Virus record (IMG/VR): IMGVR_UViG_3300027749_000102
Coordinates: 5,917 to 69,916 of that record
DNA: 64,000 nucleotides
Origin: a virus
Strand: one strand, 5' to 3'
The notes beneath the pieces are model-generated. The model did no database searches. It saw nothing but the letters and a program-made list of their open reading frames with translations, and was not told where the DNA came from. The position numbers and the translations under genes are program-made. Numbering within the stretch: position 1 is the first letter of the stretch; each line of letters starts with the position of its first letter. This document shows, piece after piece, positions 1 to 10,266 of the stretch.

Positions 1-954
1 AAATGACCTAATATCTAAATTCCATATACCATCTTTAGGCCATGTAACCTGTTCATTATTGGTATAATATTGACCCGCCTCATTTTGTTGCGGTACTTGA
101 AATACTGCGGTATATTCAGGTCTGACTAATCTATTAATCAAAAACTTTTCTACTTCATCAAAATTTTCCGAGAATGCTTTATCAACAATGTAATCATTTG
201 GTCTAATTAGATAGTTTAAATAAACTTCAGTATTTCCTGTTCCAAACGGTGACCCTTGAACATAAAATTCTAAATAACCACTTGTAAGACTAACTGATGG
301 AGAAAATCCAAGTACTTTAAATATATTATTTTCACCTTGGTCATTTGTAAACGCAATACAATAATCAAGATATGTATCATACAAATTTCTATATGGAGAT
401 ACGGTTATTTCTCTTGCACTTAAATTAGTTGATGCGCTGTATGAATAATCAATATCAAATGGATTTTTAAACCTATCCACATTTACTTTGAAATAAGTTT
501 CATTTTGTACAGAATTATATGATATATCGTATGCGGTTGATGCAGTAACAAAAGACATGTTATTAAACATTACATCAATTGCTGCTGGAAAATAATTTAT
601 AATATGTAGTACAGAAACACTAAACCTTTTAGATAGTGCACCATACATTGAAAAATTAAGAACTTGAGAAACATCATAATTTGGATAGACCCTAAATTGA
701 GTCGCCATAATACGTCTACTTTCTGCCAAATCCTCAATATTCATACTATCAAGCGTCATAGGTTCAGAAAAAGATCCTACATTAAATTTTCTATTAACCT
801 TTTCAGTTACTCCAGTAGTAAATTCAAAATTACCTTGAGTAAGACCACCACCTTGCACAGTTTGTAACCCGACAATATTATCAGAAAAAGTCCCTGCACC
901 ACTACCAGGAGCTGGAGGATAAAAATATTTTGTATTTTTTATCGTTGTTGCCAT
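1..954 (-). CDS. Putative virion/baseplate structural protein, truncated by the window edge (MATTIKNTKYFYPPAPGSGAGTFSDNIVG...)
   Basis: Not in the ORF track. ATG at 954 overlaps the stop of the 954..1862 ORF (TAATG) and the frame appears open to position 1; lies in the structural operon. Confidence 0.75.
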   Translation of the reverse strand, partial: MATTIKNTKYFYPPAPGSGAGTFSDNIVGLQTVQGGGLTQGNFEFTTGVTEKVNRKFNVGSFSEPMTLDSMNIEDLAESRRIMATQFRVYPNYDVSQVLNFSMYGALSKRFSVSVLHIINYFPAAIDVMFNNMSFVTASTAYDISYNSVQNETYFKVNVDRFKNPFDIDYSYSASTNLSAREITVSPYRNLYDTYLDYCIAFTNDQGENNIFKVLGFSPSVSLTSGYLEFYVQGSPFGTGNTEVYLNYLIRPNDYIVDKAFSENFDEVEKFLINRLVRPEYTAVFQVPQQNEAGQYYTNNEQVTWPKDGIWNLDIRSF

Positions 955-1862
955 TATGCTGTTATATTTGTAAAGTTTTTACTAAAATCAATATTACCGC
1001 CTCTACTTTGTCTAACCTCATATAACAATGCGTTAAATTGGTCTCTAATTTCGTATAAGTTGTATTGCCTATAAATATTATTTTGAGAATCATAGATTGT
1101 GTACACACCATCATCAATTGATTTGGTTTGATTACCGTAAAGAGCAATCGCAAGGGATGATATATCGTACTCGACCATCTCCACTTCTATTGAAATAGGA
1201 TTAAAATATGTATTTGAAATAATAATACCTTGACTTGGCTGTCCAATATATGGAGTAGCATTTGGTTTGTTTGAAGGTGATGATGAAGGCGATAGTGTTA
1301 AAAACAATAAATTAGCACTTCCATCAACGTATCTATATCTAACAGATTTTTGAGTTGTATTAACTTCATTGGTAACAACTGGTTCACAAAAGAAGCACGA
1401 AGTTACTACTCTAAAAAAGTTTGGTATTTTTGAACCATCAGCATTTAAGTATTCTACTCTAAATCCAACAAGTCCTTGTGATACAAACTTATTTTGATAT
1501 TGAACGGGAACATTTGTTAAATCAATAACAATCCCTTTTACATTGGGTAATGCGCTCAGGACTCCGCAATCTGTGATTGTTGTTCTAATCTGGGCCGGTC
1601 TTACATATAAAGTATAAATTCCAAGAGCATTAAATTGTTGTGCCGGTAGAGTGAGATTATATAACCCGCCCAATACTTCAACTCCGGCATTTCCACCTGT
1701 TTCAGAATTATTAAAGTATGGTTTTAAAATACTTTGAGCGTCAAGTGATGTCAAGACATAGTTATCTGTAATATCACGGGATGGTGTGTAAACCATTTGG
1801 ATTTCAACATCTTGTGGTGATACATCTGATGGTCTAATTGTACCGTATGAACCTATTGACAT
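954..1862 (-). CDS. Hypothetical virion structural protein (302 aa)
   Basis: Long ORF coupled to its neighbours, beta-rich composition, TATTTAT motif just upstream; function inferred from context only. Confidence 0.6.
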   Translation of the reverse strand: MSIGSYGTIRPSDVSPQDVEIQMVYTPSRDITDNYVLTSLDAQSILKPYFNNSETGGNAGVEVLGGLYNLTLPAQQFNALGIYTLYVRPAQIRTTITDCGVLSALPNVKGIVIDLTNVPVQYQNKFVSQGLVGFRVEYLNADGSKIPNFFRVVTSCFFCEPVVTNEVNTTQKSVRYRYVDGSANLLFLTLSPSSSPSNKPNATPYIGQPSQGIIISNTYFNPISIEVEMVEYDISSLAIALYGNQTKSIDDGVYTIYDSQNNIYRQYNLYEIRDQFNALLYEVRQSRGGNIDFSKNFTNITA

Positions 1863-1887
1863 AATTTAGTTTTTTAATAAATAGTTT

Positions 1888-2967
1888 TTAATTACTTTTT
1901 CTAATTTGGAAGAAACCATACCCATAGTTCAGAAGGTCCCCTAAATTATCCACTTCTCCAAGCCTTTGTACTCTCTCATAAGCAGAGTTCTTGCCGCGTT
2001 CCAAAAATACATCCGTTTGTATCTGTGGTTGATCCATAACTTTCAATAATGCTTCCAATTTAGTGATTGGGACCGCTGTTAAATTACTATCTGTAAACCC
2101 TGAAGATTCTTGAAAGAAAATACTTGTTCCGTCAGCATAATCATAAAAGTTTATTCCTGTAATGGTATAGGCGGTATAAATCACACTAATATCTGTTATT
2201 GACCCCCATATTTGACCGTTCTTGATTACAGGCACTCCAACTTGGTATTTCGGATTTCCATATAATGCTAACTCATTTACCCTTGATGTTGTTATTCCAG
2301 AAACAATAAATGGAACACTAACAAAATTATTTGATGTTTGCGCAGATACAACGTTAACCGCATCACCCGAAAATATGTAATCATAACTGATTGGTGTTCC
2401 GAACCAATTACCTCCCGCTGGAGTAAAATATGCTGTACCTTGTTGATTATAAATTGTAACCGAAGAATAGGGTAAAGTAACGGTCTTTTTAACTTTTGTA
2501 ATTCCCCACGGGTTAATTTGTTCCAACATTATCTCATATGTCTTATCGGCTGAAGGATATACGTGAGATATTGAATTAGGAGTATAGGTTGTAACATCTT
2601 GCAATTGTGAACCATCTCCCCAACTGATAACATATTTTGATAAGTCCAAAAACTTTTGAAACTCACTTGAGGTATTGTAGACATAAACTTTATATGGTTC
2701 GTCTGTTGTAGATGAAAATATAAAATTTGATACAACATCTTTCTGAAGAACAGCCCCATCAAATTGTGTATAATATCCCGCATCAATTGCTGTTTGGGTA
2801 AGAAGTATATTAACAGTAAGTCCTGTTAATAATGAAGTACCATAGGTATTACCACTCAATATTTGAGACATCCCTGAATAAACACCAACAGTTTCACCTC
2901 TCCAATCTACGGTGGTTAAATCTGTTTTAATAGTCTCCGGTGATATTATAAAATTATAATCTGCCAT
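1888..2967 (-). CDS. Structural protein with a PKD/Ig-like motif (359 aa)
   Basis: ISWGDGS...SHVY matches the PKD-like WxGDG...H-Y signature; located in the baseplate operon. Confidence 0.6.
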   Translation of the reverse strand: MADYNFIISPETIKTDLTTVDWRGETVGVYSGMSQILSGNTYGTSLLTGLTVNILLTQTAIDAGYYTQFDGAVLQKDVVSNFIFSSTTDEPYKVYVYNTSSEFQKFLDLSKYVISWGDGSQLQDVTTYTPNSISHVYPSADKTYEIMLEQINPWGITKVKKTVTLPYSSVTIYNQQGTAYFTPAGGNWFGTPISYDYIFSGDAVNVVSAQTSNNFVSVPFIVSGITTSRVNELALYGNPKYQVGVPVIKNGQIWGSITDISVIYTAYTITGINFYDYADGTSIFFQESSGFTDSNLTAVPITKLEALLKVMDQPQIQTDVFLERGKNSAYERVQRLGEVDNLGDLLNYGYGFFQIRKSN

Positions 2968-3758
2968 TATGGGTTAACATATTCATACCATTTTATGGGA
3001 AGTGGAGTTCCCTCTCTATTTCCTGTTATTGTATTAAAAACTTGATAAGTCCTTTTATCATAATCCAATTTAACTTGATAATAGAAATATGTTAAATTAT
3101 CAAAATTATGCTCACCACTAATTTTTGATTGCGGTACATTCATCATTTTGGTATAAGTCCCAGTCATTGCATTATAAAACTTAGCAGACATATAAAAGGT
3201 ATCAATATCCAAAAAAGTTCTTTTCTTTAGCCAATAAATAAAAAACCCTTCTTTATCACCAACATAATCTAATACAAAATCAGGCTTTTTAATTGTTACA
3301 GGAGTTCTTTGCATTATCGCATCTTTTTTCAATCCTTGTTGTGTTGGTATTATTATAGTTACATAATTCTTTTGTTTTTTATCGTCTGTTGAATCATATA
3401 AATCCAATTTAAAGAACGAATTGGCAAAATTCTTATCATAATAATATATGTTTCCTGTAGTAAACCCTTCACTTCTATAATCCAATCTCCAATTTGATTG
3501 ATCAGTTAAAGTTCCACCCGAATAAAAATAAAATTGATATTTAATTGCAGTTTCTTGTGATGTTCCCGTAAAAGGCGCATTCGCAAATCTATCAATTTCA
3601 AAATCTCTTCCAACCCCAATTACCTCAGTAATAACCTCTTTCTCATATTCATCAACACTTTGGTCCAATCCCAAATAATCCCAATCTAACTGAATAGGGA
3701 TATTAATCTGTTTTGTAGTTAAAGTATTCTGCCTAATAAAAAATTTACTCACATCCAT
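2967..3758 (-). CDS. Hypothetical structural protein (263 aa)
   Basis: ORF overlaps both neighbours in the baseplate operon. Confidence 0.6.
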   Translation of the reverse strand: MDVSKFFIRQNTLTTKQINIPIQLDWDYLGLDQSVDEYEKEVITEVIGVGRDFEIDRFANAPFTGTSQETAIKYQFYFYSGGTLTDQSNWRLDYRSEGFTTGNIYYYDKNFANSFFKLDLYDSTDDKKQKNYVTIIIPTQQGLKKDAIMQRTPVTIKKPDFVLDYVGDKEGFFIYWLKKRTFLDIDTFYMSAKFYNAMTGTYTKMMNVPQSKISGEHNFDNLTYFYYQVKLDYDKRTYQVFNTITGNREGTPLPIKWYEYVNP

Positions 3759-5442
3759 CTATCAACGGTTTAATAGGATAATCAACTCCAAGTAATGAAG
3801 AATTGAAATTTATTCCTTCCGGAATCAATCTAAACACAACATCCGCGAACGGATATTGAGCAGTGTTAAAGAACGGATAGTCAACCCCTCTCTTTAAATT
3901 ATCTTTAAATCCAAAAGTATATAAATCTCTCCACCTGAACTGTTGATCAGATTTTGAAAAATAAGAATATGATGGAACTTGGTCTATTGAATTAAGTTCT
4001 CCTGTTTCAACATAATCCGAAAATACCCTTAAAGTCATCTTGTTATGTGGTGTATAATAAAATCCTGGTGAATTTTGATCCGTTGTTCTTGTTGTTTGAA
4101 AAATATTTTGATTATATTTTATTTTTTGATAATAAGGTGAAACAACTCTTTCCAATTGTTCATAGTCATTCCACTCACAAAAATCACCATCAATAATATC
4201 ATCTTTCTTTAAATCTTGATTAAAGTAAAAAGTATATGTTTTCCCATTTTCAGTCCTTGTATATGATGATACTGGTATATTAGAACTAGAAAGATCATTT
4301 GTTGTACTCCAATAACTATTTGATACTTTTGTTAGGTTAAATTCCCATCCTTGTTTTAATCCAACACCATTAAAAGGATTATTAAAATACCCCGTATACC
4401 CTTTATTTATCACAGTTAAATATAATTCACTAATTGGTCTTTTTTGATTATCTAATAATGTTGTAAAATCTAAATCATAGTTTACCGTCACATTATAAGC
4501 ATTACTACTTGTTAATTGAGATATTCTTGTAACTTGATTTGGGGTAATAGAACTGTATTCTAATTTTTTCGTCTCATTAAATACATTCTTCTCAAAACCA
4601 ATTTTGGTCATCACACTATCTTCCAAATTTGTTAATATCTTATGTTTTCTAACATAATATTTTGATTTTGTTTCTTCTAAATTATTAGGATTTACAACTC
4701 TCTTAAATGTTCCTACAATACCATTTTGAAATGTTGTACCTGTGTATCCAATGTTATAGACATTAAATATATGTGTAGAACTATCCAATAAATTATTACC
4801 TAAAGAATATACTTGAAATAAATTTGTTTTATTATAAAAAAATGACAATTCAACATATTCTCCAACTGTAAGTCCATGCGGAGCAATACATTCAAATGAA
4901 ATTATTGGATCCCCATTTTGTTGATTATTTTTAATAATAAATGGAATACCTGTTGATGCTGTCCAAGTCAAATTTGAATTATTTAAATTAAAATATAATT
5001 TTTTATTATAATCATTTTCATATCCATAACTTAAATAATATGTCCAATTATAAGTATAAGCACTTTTTGCTTTATAAGTAATATGTTGGTCATTTATATC
5101 AGGTCTAAAAAAATCAAATTCATAATATTGCGGTAATCCTTTCCATGTTCCACTTGACATTGAAACTTCCGGCTGAGTATAATAAAGATTATATTGGAAT
5201 GGCGTATATGTTGTTGTTCCTGTATATGAATTACCATATATGTATGTAAGTTTAAATGTTGGTCTGAATATTAAACAAGCTTGTCTTTCATCGTCATACA
5301 CTTGAGCCAAGTTAACAGTACTATTTCTATCATATTCAATTATAGATTGGCTTTTTTCTTCTAAAGAAATTGGTATCTCTTGGTCAATAGATGGTGCTGA
5401 TTGATACTTTAATCTACTCGGTATGATTTTATAGTTATTCAA
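3745..5442 (-). CDS. Hypothetical baseplate/tail structural protein (565 aa)
   Basis: Long ORF overlapping its neighbours; HGLTVGEYVEL resembles the small beta-barrel motif (HGLxxGDxV) of phage tail proteins. Confidence 0.55.
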   Translation of the reverse strand: MNNYKIIPSRLKYQSAPSIDQEIPISLEEKSQSIIEYDRNSTVNLAQVYDDERQACLIFRPTFKLTYIYGNSYTGTTTYTPFQYNLYYTQPEVSMSSGTWKGLPQYYEFDFFRPDINDQHITYKAKSAYTYNWTYYLSYGYENDYNKKLYFNLNNSNLTWTASTGIPFIIKNNQQNGDPIISFECIAPHGLTVGEYVELSFFYNKTNLFQVYSLGNNLLDSSTHIFNVYNIGYTGTTFQNGIVGTFKRVVNPNNLEETKSKYYVRKHKILTNLEDSVMTKIGFEKNVFNETKKLEYSSITPNQVTRISQLTSSNAYNVTVNYDLDFTTLLDNQKRPISELYLTVINKGYTGYFNNPFNGVGLKQGWEFNLTKVSNSYWSTTNDLSSSNIPVSSYTRTENGKTYTFYFNQDLKKDDIIDGDFCEWNDYEQLERVVSPYYQKIKYNQNIFQTTRTTDQNSPGFYYTPHNKMTLRVFSDYVETGELNSIDQVPSYSYFSKSDQQFRWRDLYTFGFKDNLKRGVDYPFFNTAQYPFADVVFRLIPEGINFNSSLLGVDYPIKPLIDGCE

Positions 5443-8400
5443 TTATAGAATATTTTGTTTTAAATTTATCTAGCGCTGTTTGACCTTTAATAGTACCAAA
5501 ATAAAAATGAAAGGGAGCTCCAACTATGAATTTATCACTTGTTGCTCCAACTGTAGAATAGACGCCATTTGAATCCACACTGAAAATGTACCCTCTTGCA
5601 TATAGGTCATTAACACTTGACGTTGATGGTCTAAAATAGTTTGGTTGAGTTAAACTTGTTCTATCTAAACTTTGGAATCTTTTGTTTTGTACAATGTCTC
5701 CAGAGTCTGTTGCCCAACTATTCATTTGACTACCAAAAATTGTTGTAGTATTAGCCAATTTCCATTGATAGAATGGAGTAACTTGTGATTTAATACCATA
5801 TGGATAAGGGTAATAATTCGTGTTATCGTTAGTTCTGAAATCAATTCTTCCTGGTGTTAAATAATCTTTAAATTGAATATCATTTGTTGTTGATGAAAAC
5901 CAAACACACATAACAGGATCTAAAGAAGTACCTAAAATGTTTACAGGGTCGGTTGTTGAACCCTGAACTGTTTCATAATACTCAGGTGAAAATTTAATAA
6001 CTCCCTCTTCAGAATTTATTGAAAATAATTGAGCTAAATCCCCATCAATTCTTAGTGACTGATTAAATAAACTTTTATTACCTCTACTAAATAATTGATT
6101 TAAAGAATTATCACCCACCACTAGAATTTGTCTTAAAAATCCTTCGTCTGTAATTCTTGAAATAACAAATAAGTTAACTAAATCAGATGTATCACCATAA
6201 CTAGTTGAATCTAAATTAGGTATTACATACCCTTTTGTTTCAGGATTAAAAGTTATCTCTTGATAAAAATAATCTTTCATTCCTAAATTCATAATTGTTG
6301 TTGGGAAAAGTAAGTTTCTTACGTTTACCGATGTATTGTTAGGTGCCGGTATTCCAACAAATTTAGCAGAACTTGTATTATAAGGACTACTTCTATAATA
6401 AAAATTGTTTGTTTCAGACTCAAAGTATGCCAAATCACTACAGTAAAGAGAATATGCTTGGTTCTTATTATTATATCTTGTGTCAACTTGTATTGGGAAC
6501 ATGTATAAACTACCACTAATCCAGTTATTCATAAATGATTGAGACAATACCCCTCGGCATAATCCATAAAAAAATCTAAACCTGAAACTCCATTCTGAGT
6601 ATGTCGCAAAATCATCTTTAATAGTTAATAAATTTACAGGGTTCTTCATAAACACATAACACCCTTTTTCAACAGGGTCTTCCTGTGTACATTGTTGGTT
6701 TATTTGGAAATTTGTCCCCAATCCTTCATAACATCCTAATCCAACCATACTTTCACAGTTAAAACTTTCAAGTACATTTGTAACACCTGGTAAACCGTTT
6801 ATAGGGTCTCCTAAATCAGGTGTAACTTGAGACGCCCCTAAAGTATTACTTGAGGTACTAATATCTTCACTATCAGTATTAATTAGGTAAAATGTAAAGA
6901 AATTATTTTGTTGTAATATTGACGGATTTGTTGAAAAACTACCACCGTCCAACACATCAGAAGTCGGTAATCTATCAGTTCTAACAATATTATTAACGTT
7001 ATTATTAATTAAAAGTGATGGTCCATTTAAGTTATTTGTTGAAAAGAAACTTGGGGTATAGTAGTAATAACCCAAATCCGCAACACTCGAAGAGTATTCC
7101 CCAAAATCATTACAACCCATAAAAGATAATCCTGAAACATCTTCACTATTATCGTATTTTGCAGCATTTGCACCATTATCATAAAATCCGTTTGAGGTCT
7201 TACTAACAACCGCAGAATTAAATATTTGTTCTTGTGTTGAGTTTGCAAACAATGATGATTGTGCACCATAGTACGCCAAATTAGTTGTATTGAATCCAGT
7301 AAAAGAACCTCCAGGATCAGTACTACCTGAAATTCCTGGTTTGAAAAAATATGACCGATAATACATGTCATTAGTAGTATACGGTTGGATTGTTGTTGAC
7401 GAATCATTTACCGCTTGTATAGGTATATTAATTCTTGTGTCTGCAGTTATAGTAAACTTAGGGTCATCTATATTACTACCAAATAATCTACCTAAATTAT
7501 AAACATTCTTATACTTCGGTGAGTACGGGTCAACTCCTCTTTGTAATATTAAAATATATTGTTTTTCTATGTTATCAAACACATTGAAAATTGTTGTCGA
7601 TAAAAATTCTGAATTTTTAAATAATTCTCCATTATATTGTTTATAAACGGTAAATTCTAATGGTGTCGATAAAACATTTGGAAAAGATTGTGTGGTACCA
7701 CTATTCCAAATTTTTACAGCGTCCGCAATTGTTATTGCAGTAACCACTTGAAAATACTCAATGTCCGCAGGGAATTTATAATTTGTTATTTCTGAACCAT
7801 AAGGTAAATTATAAGATATTTGTTGTGAATTAGTATATTGTGATTTTGCATATGTTACATTAATAGTTGTTGCCCCACTACCATTATAAGTTTCACCACT
7901 AATACCAGTTTCTATTCCTGTAGCAGTTGTTGCTGTATAGGTCCAGTTAATGTCTGTCGAACCTGTTATACAAACACTACTTAATAGGTCACCAGGATTA
8001 TACTGTTGATTAGCCAACACAATAATTGTGTTATCCATGTGGAATTTATTTATGTTTGAATCTCCCGCAAAACTAACTTTAACCGAATTTAAACCCGTAA
8101 AATAGTTGGCTCTTTGATTAAACAAATTGATTCTTTCACCCATAGGTAATGACTTTGACAAAGCAAACCGATTTTTACTATCACTAAATCCTAAAATTTC
8201 AGATAATGGAAGTTTATATCTTGTTGGGTCTGACACAACAGCCAATGCACCAAAACCTGCTACCGCTTGAGAAGATATTGTTGCCCACTTTGAAATATTT
8301 TCAGAAATGTCTTCAGAGTTCCTTGCGATGAAATATTCTTCAAATTTTGTTTGGTAGTCCAACGCCACCGAAAAATAACTCAAAGTTCCTGTAGGTATTG

Positions 8401-10177
8401 CGCTAACACCACCTGTGGTTTGTGGTCTAACTTGAGATTCTTGTTTACAATCACATGCCTGACATTCAGGATAAGTTATCATGGGTAATCTGAAAGTGTA
8501 ATTTCTTTCGTCACAATTCAAATTGAATAAATTTCTAATCCAACCGAACGGTCTAACACAAAATTTCCAAACACAAATTTCAAATCTTGCAAGTGCACAA
8601 AGGAAATTAATTATTGTTAAATAAATCCATAAAACTATATGCATTGCAAAAAGAATTGCAAGAGCCAATGGCGTTATTAACGTCATTAAAATTGAAAATA
8701 TAAAAAATAACAAATCAAAATTTCTAAATCCGTCATTTACGGGAAACTTATTAGTAGTGCTTTCACAATCACTACTATCAATTTCTTTAATTCCAATAAA
8801 TCTACCTTTAGCACCGTTTTTATACTCATCAATTAATCCCGATACAGTATAAACCTTATTAAAGTTAAATTCATAGAATGTATCTTCACAATCTATAACT
8901 TCATTTAATCTATTTGTTTTTTGATATCCAACAAAACCATTTGTATATCCACTCCAAGCCAATCCAAAATAATAAGAACTTTTTGTTTGTAGGGGATCCG
9001 GCCCATACTCTTTAACATTTGGAACCAAATAATTAGGTCTTCTAGTTTGAGTTGTTAATGCCGCAGGTTGTTGCCATTTAATTTTAAATCTGTACTTAGC
9101 TTTAGTTGGAATACCAATTGTTGGGTCATTTGATATTACTTTTTCTCCGTATTGGTTTGTTACTAAGTAATCTAAATTCATTGGTAACTCAGTCAACCAT
9201 ACTCCATTTCCATCAATAACATTACCCGCCTGTTCTAATTGATATTGTTCTAATATCGGATTTCCATCAGAATCTTGTTGTATTGTTTGTCTTAAGGCTA
9301 ATATTTGTCCAGGACCTGACGATAAAGAACAAAGGTTTCCCATATCATCTCTTGGTTTACAATTTTTTCTAACTCTATATGCATCAGTTGTTGAATAAAC
9401 AGAACCCATAAATGTTGAGGTTGGCTGTATATCTATATTAGCACTATTTCTTAAATCAAAATCAACTCTATTAATTGCAATTTGACATAAATCAGGATCA
9501 CCCCATAATGGAGATACTTCAGTATTAACTGATAGATTAACAATTTGTGGTAATGAATTAAGGTCAGTTGAAGTTCTGAATTGATTTCCCGCAACTTGAG
9601 CTTCAGTTGCAATACCCATTCTAATTAAATCTTGAGGAGTTAAAGAAAATTCACCAATATCAGATAAATCAACATCCATAACTAAAGTTTGTTCTCCTAA
9701 TGGAACTCCCATAATCATGTAATCACCACTCTCATTTGTTTTAGCAGTAAACCTATAATATTTGTCATATATTTCTACAACAGTACTTGCTGTTAATACA
9801 TCATTTCTTGAAGGTAATGTTCCTGTTGCCGCATGTTTTGAATATGATTTTTCGTAAGGTAATAAATTGTATCTATATCCATCTGAATTCTTATCAGATA
9901 TAGATTTATAGGGATATATACTTTGAATAATAGGATTTGATTCATCAACACTTTCAATCGGAATGAATATGGAAACTCTTGCATTTGGTAACCCAAATCC
10001 ACCATTAGCTGTTATTCTACCAACAACTACACCATAGTCTGCACAACTTCTAGTATAGATATCTGATTGTTGAATCTTTAATGAAAGAATTTCAAGAAAT
10101 TCAAACTCTTGGTCTAATTGAACATTAATAGTTTTATTAATCCCGAGCTCTGTTTGTATCCTATATGATTGACCCAT
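5435..10177 (-). CDS. Large baseplate-associated protein (1580 aa) with an N-terminal carboxypeptidase-regulatory-like domain and an internal hydrophobic segment
   Basis: GVVVGRI...GLPNARVSI...KTNESGDYMIMGVPLGEQTL fits a CarboxypepD_reg-like pattern; long hydrophobic run LLFFIFSILMTLITPLALAILFAMHIVLWIYLTIINFLC; directly downstream of the gp6-like gene. Confidence 0.6.
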   Translation of the reverse strand: MGQSYRIQTELGINKTINVQLDQEFEFLEILSLKIQQSDIYTRSCADYGVVVGRITANGGFGLPNARVSIFIPIESVDESNPIIQSIYPYKSISDKNSDGYRYNLLPYEKSYSKHAATGTLPSRNDVLTASTVVEIYDKYYRFTAKTNESGDYMIMGVPLGEQTLVMDVDLSDIGEFSLTPQDLIRMGIATEAQVAGNQFRTSTDLNSLPQIVNLSVNTEVSPLWGDPDLCQIAINRVDFDLRNSANIDIQPTSTFMGSVYSTTDAYRVRKNCKPRDDMGNLCSLSSGPGQILALRQTIQQDSDGNPILEQYQLEQAGNVIDGNGVWLTELPMNLDYLVTNQYGEKVISNDPTIGIPTKAKYRFKIKWQQPAALTTQTRRPNYLVPNVKEYGPDPLQTKSSYYFGLAWSGYTNGFVGYQKTNRLNEVIDCEDTFYEFNFNKVYTVSGLIDEYKNGAKGRFIGIKEIDSSDCESTTNKFPVNDGFRNFDLLFFIFSILMTLITPLALAILFAMHIVLWIYLTIINFLCALARFEICVWKFCVRPFGWIRNLFNLNCDERNYTFRLPMITYPECQACDCKQESQVRPQTTGGVSAIPTGTLSYFSVALDYQTKFEEYFIARNSEDISENISKWATISSQAVAGFGALAVVSDPTRYKLPLSEILGFSDSKNRFALSKSLPMGERINLFNQRANYFTGLNSVKVSFAGDSNINKFHMDNTIIVLANQQYNPGDLLSSVCITGSTDINWTYTATTATGIETGISGETYNGSGATTINVTYAKSQYTNSQQISYNLPYGSEITNYKFPADIEYFQVVTAITIADAVKIWNSGTTQSFPNVLSTPLEFTVYKQYNGELFKNSEFLSTTIFNVFDNIEKQYILILQRGVDPYSPKYKNVYNLGRLFGSNIDDPKFTITADTRINIPIQAVNDSSTTIQPYTTNDMYYRSYFFKPGISGSTDPGGSFTGFNTTNLAYYGAQSSLFANSTQEQIFNSAVVSKTSNGFYDNGANAAKYDNSEDVSGLSFMGCNDFGEYSSSVADLGYYYYTPSFFSTNNLNGPSLLINNNVNNIVRTDRLPTSDVLDGGSFSTNPSILQQNNFFTFYLINTDSEDISTSSNTLGASQVTPDLGDPINGLPGVTNVLESFNCESMVGLGCYEGLGTNFQINQQCTQEDPVEKGCYVFMKNPVNLLTIKDDFATYSEWSFRFRFFYGLCRGVLSQSFMNNWISGSLYMFPIQVDTRYNNKNQAYSLYCSDLAYFESETNNFYYRSSPYNTSSAKFVGIPAPNNTSVNVRNLLFPTTIMNLGMKDYFYQEITFNPETKGYVIPNLDSTSYGDTSDLVNLFVISRITDEGFLRQILVVGDNSLNQLFSRGNKSLFNQSLRIDGDLAQLFSINSEEGVIKFSPEYYETVQGSTTDPVNILGTSLDPVMCVWFSSTTNDIQFKDYLTPGRIDFRTNDNTNYYPYPYGIKSQVTPFYQWKLANTTTIFGSQMNSWATDSGDIVQNKRFQSLDRTSLTQPNYFRPSTSSVNDLYARGYIFSVDSNGVYSTVGATSDKFIVGAPFHFYFGTIKGQTALDKFKTKYSIIE

Positions 10178-10266
10178 CTAATGGTTTTAACTATAAATAG
10201 TTTATGTGGACTTTTATAAAAAAATACACCACTTTAAATTATAGTTTAAAGATGTTAAAAATAAAC

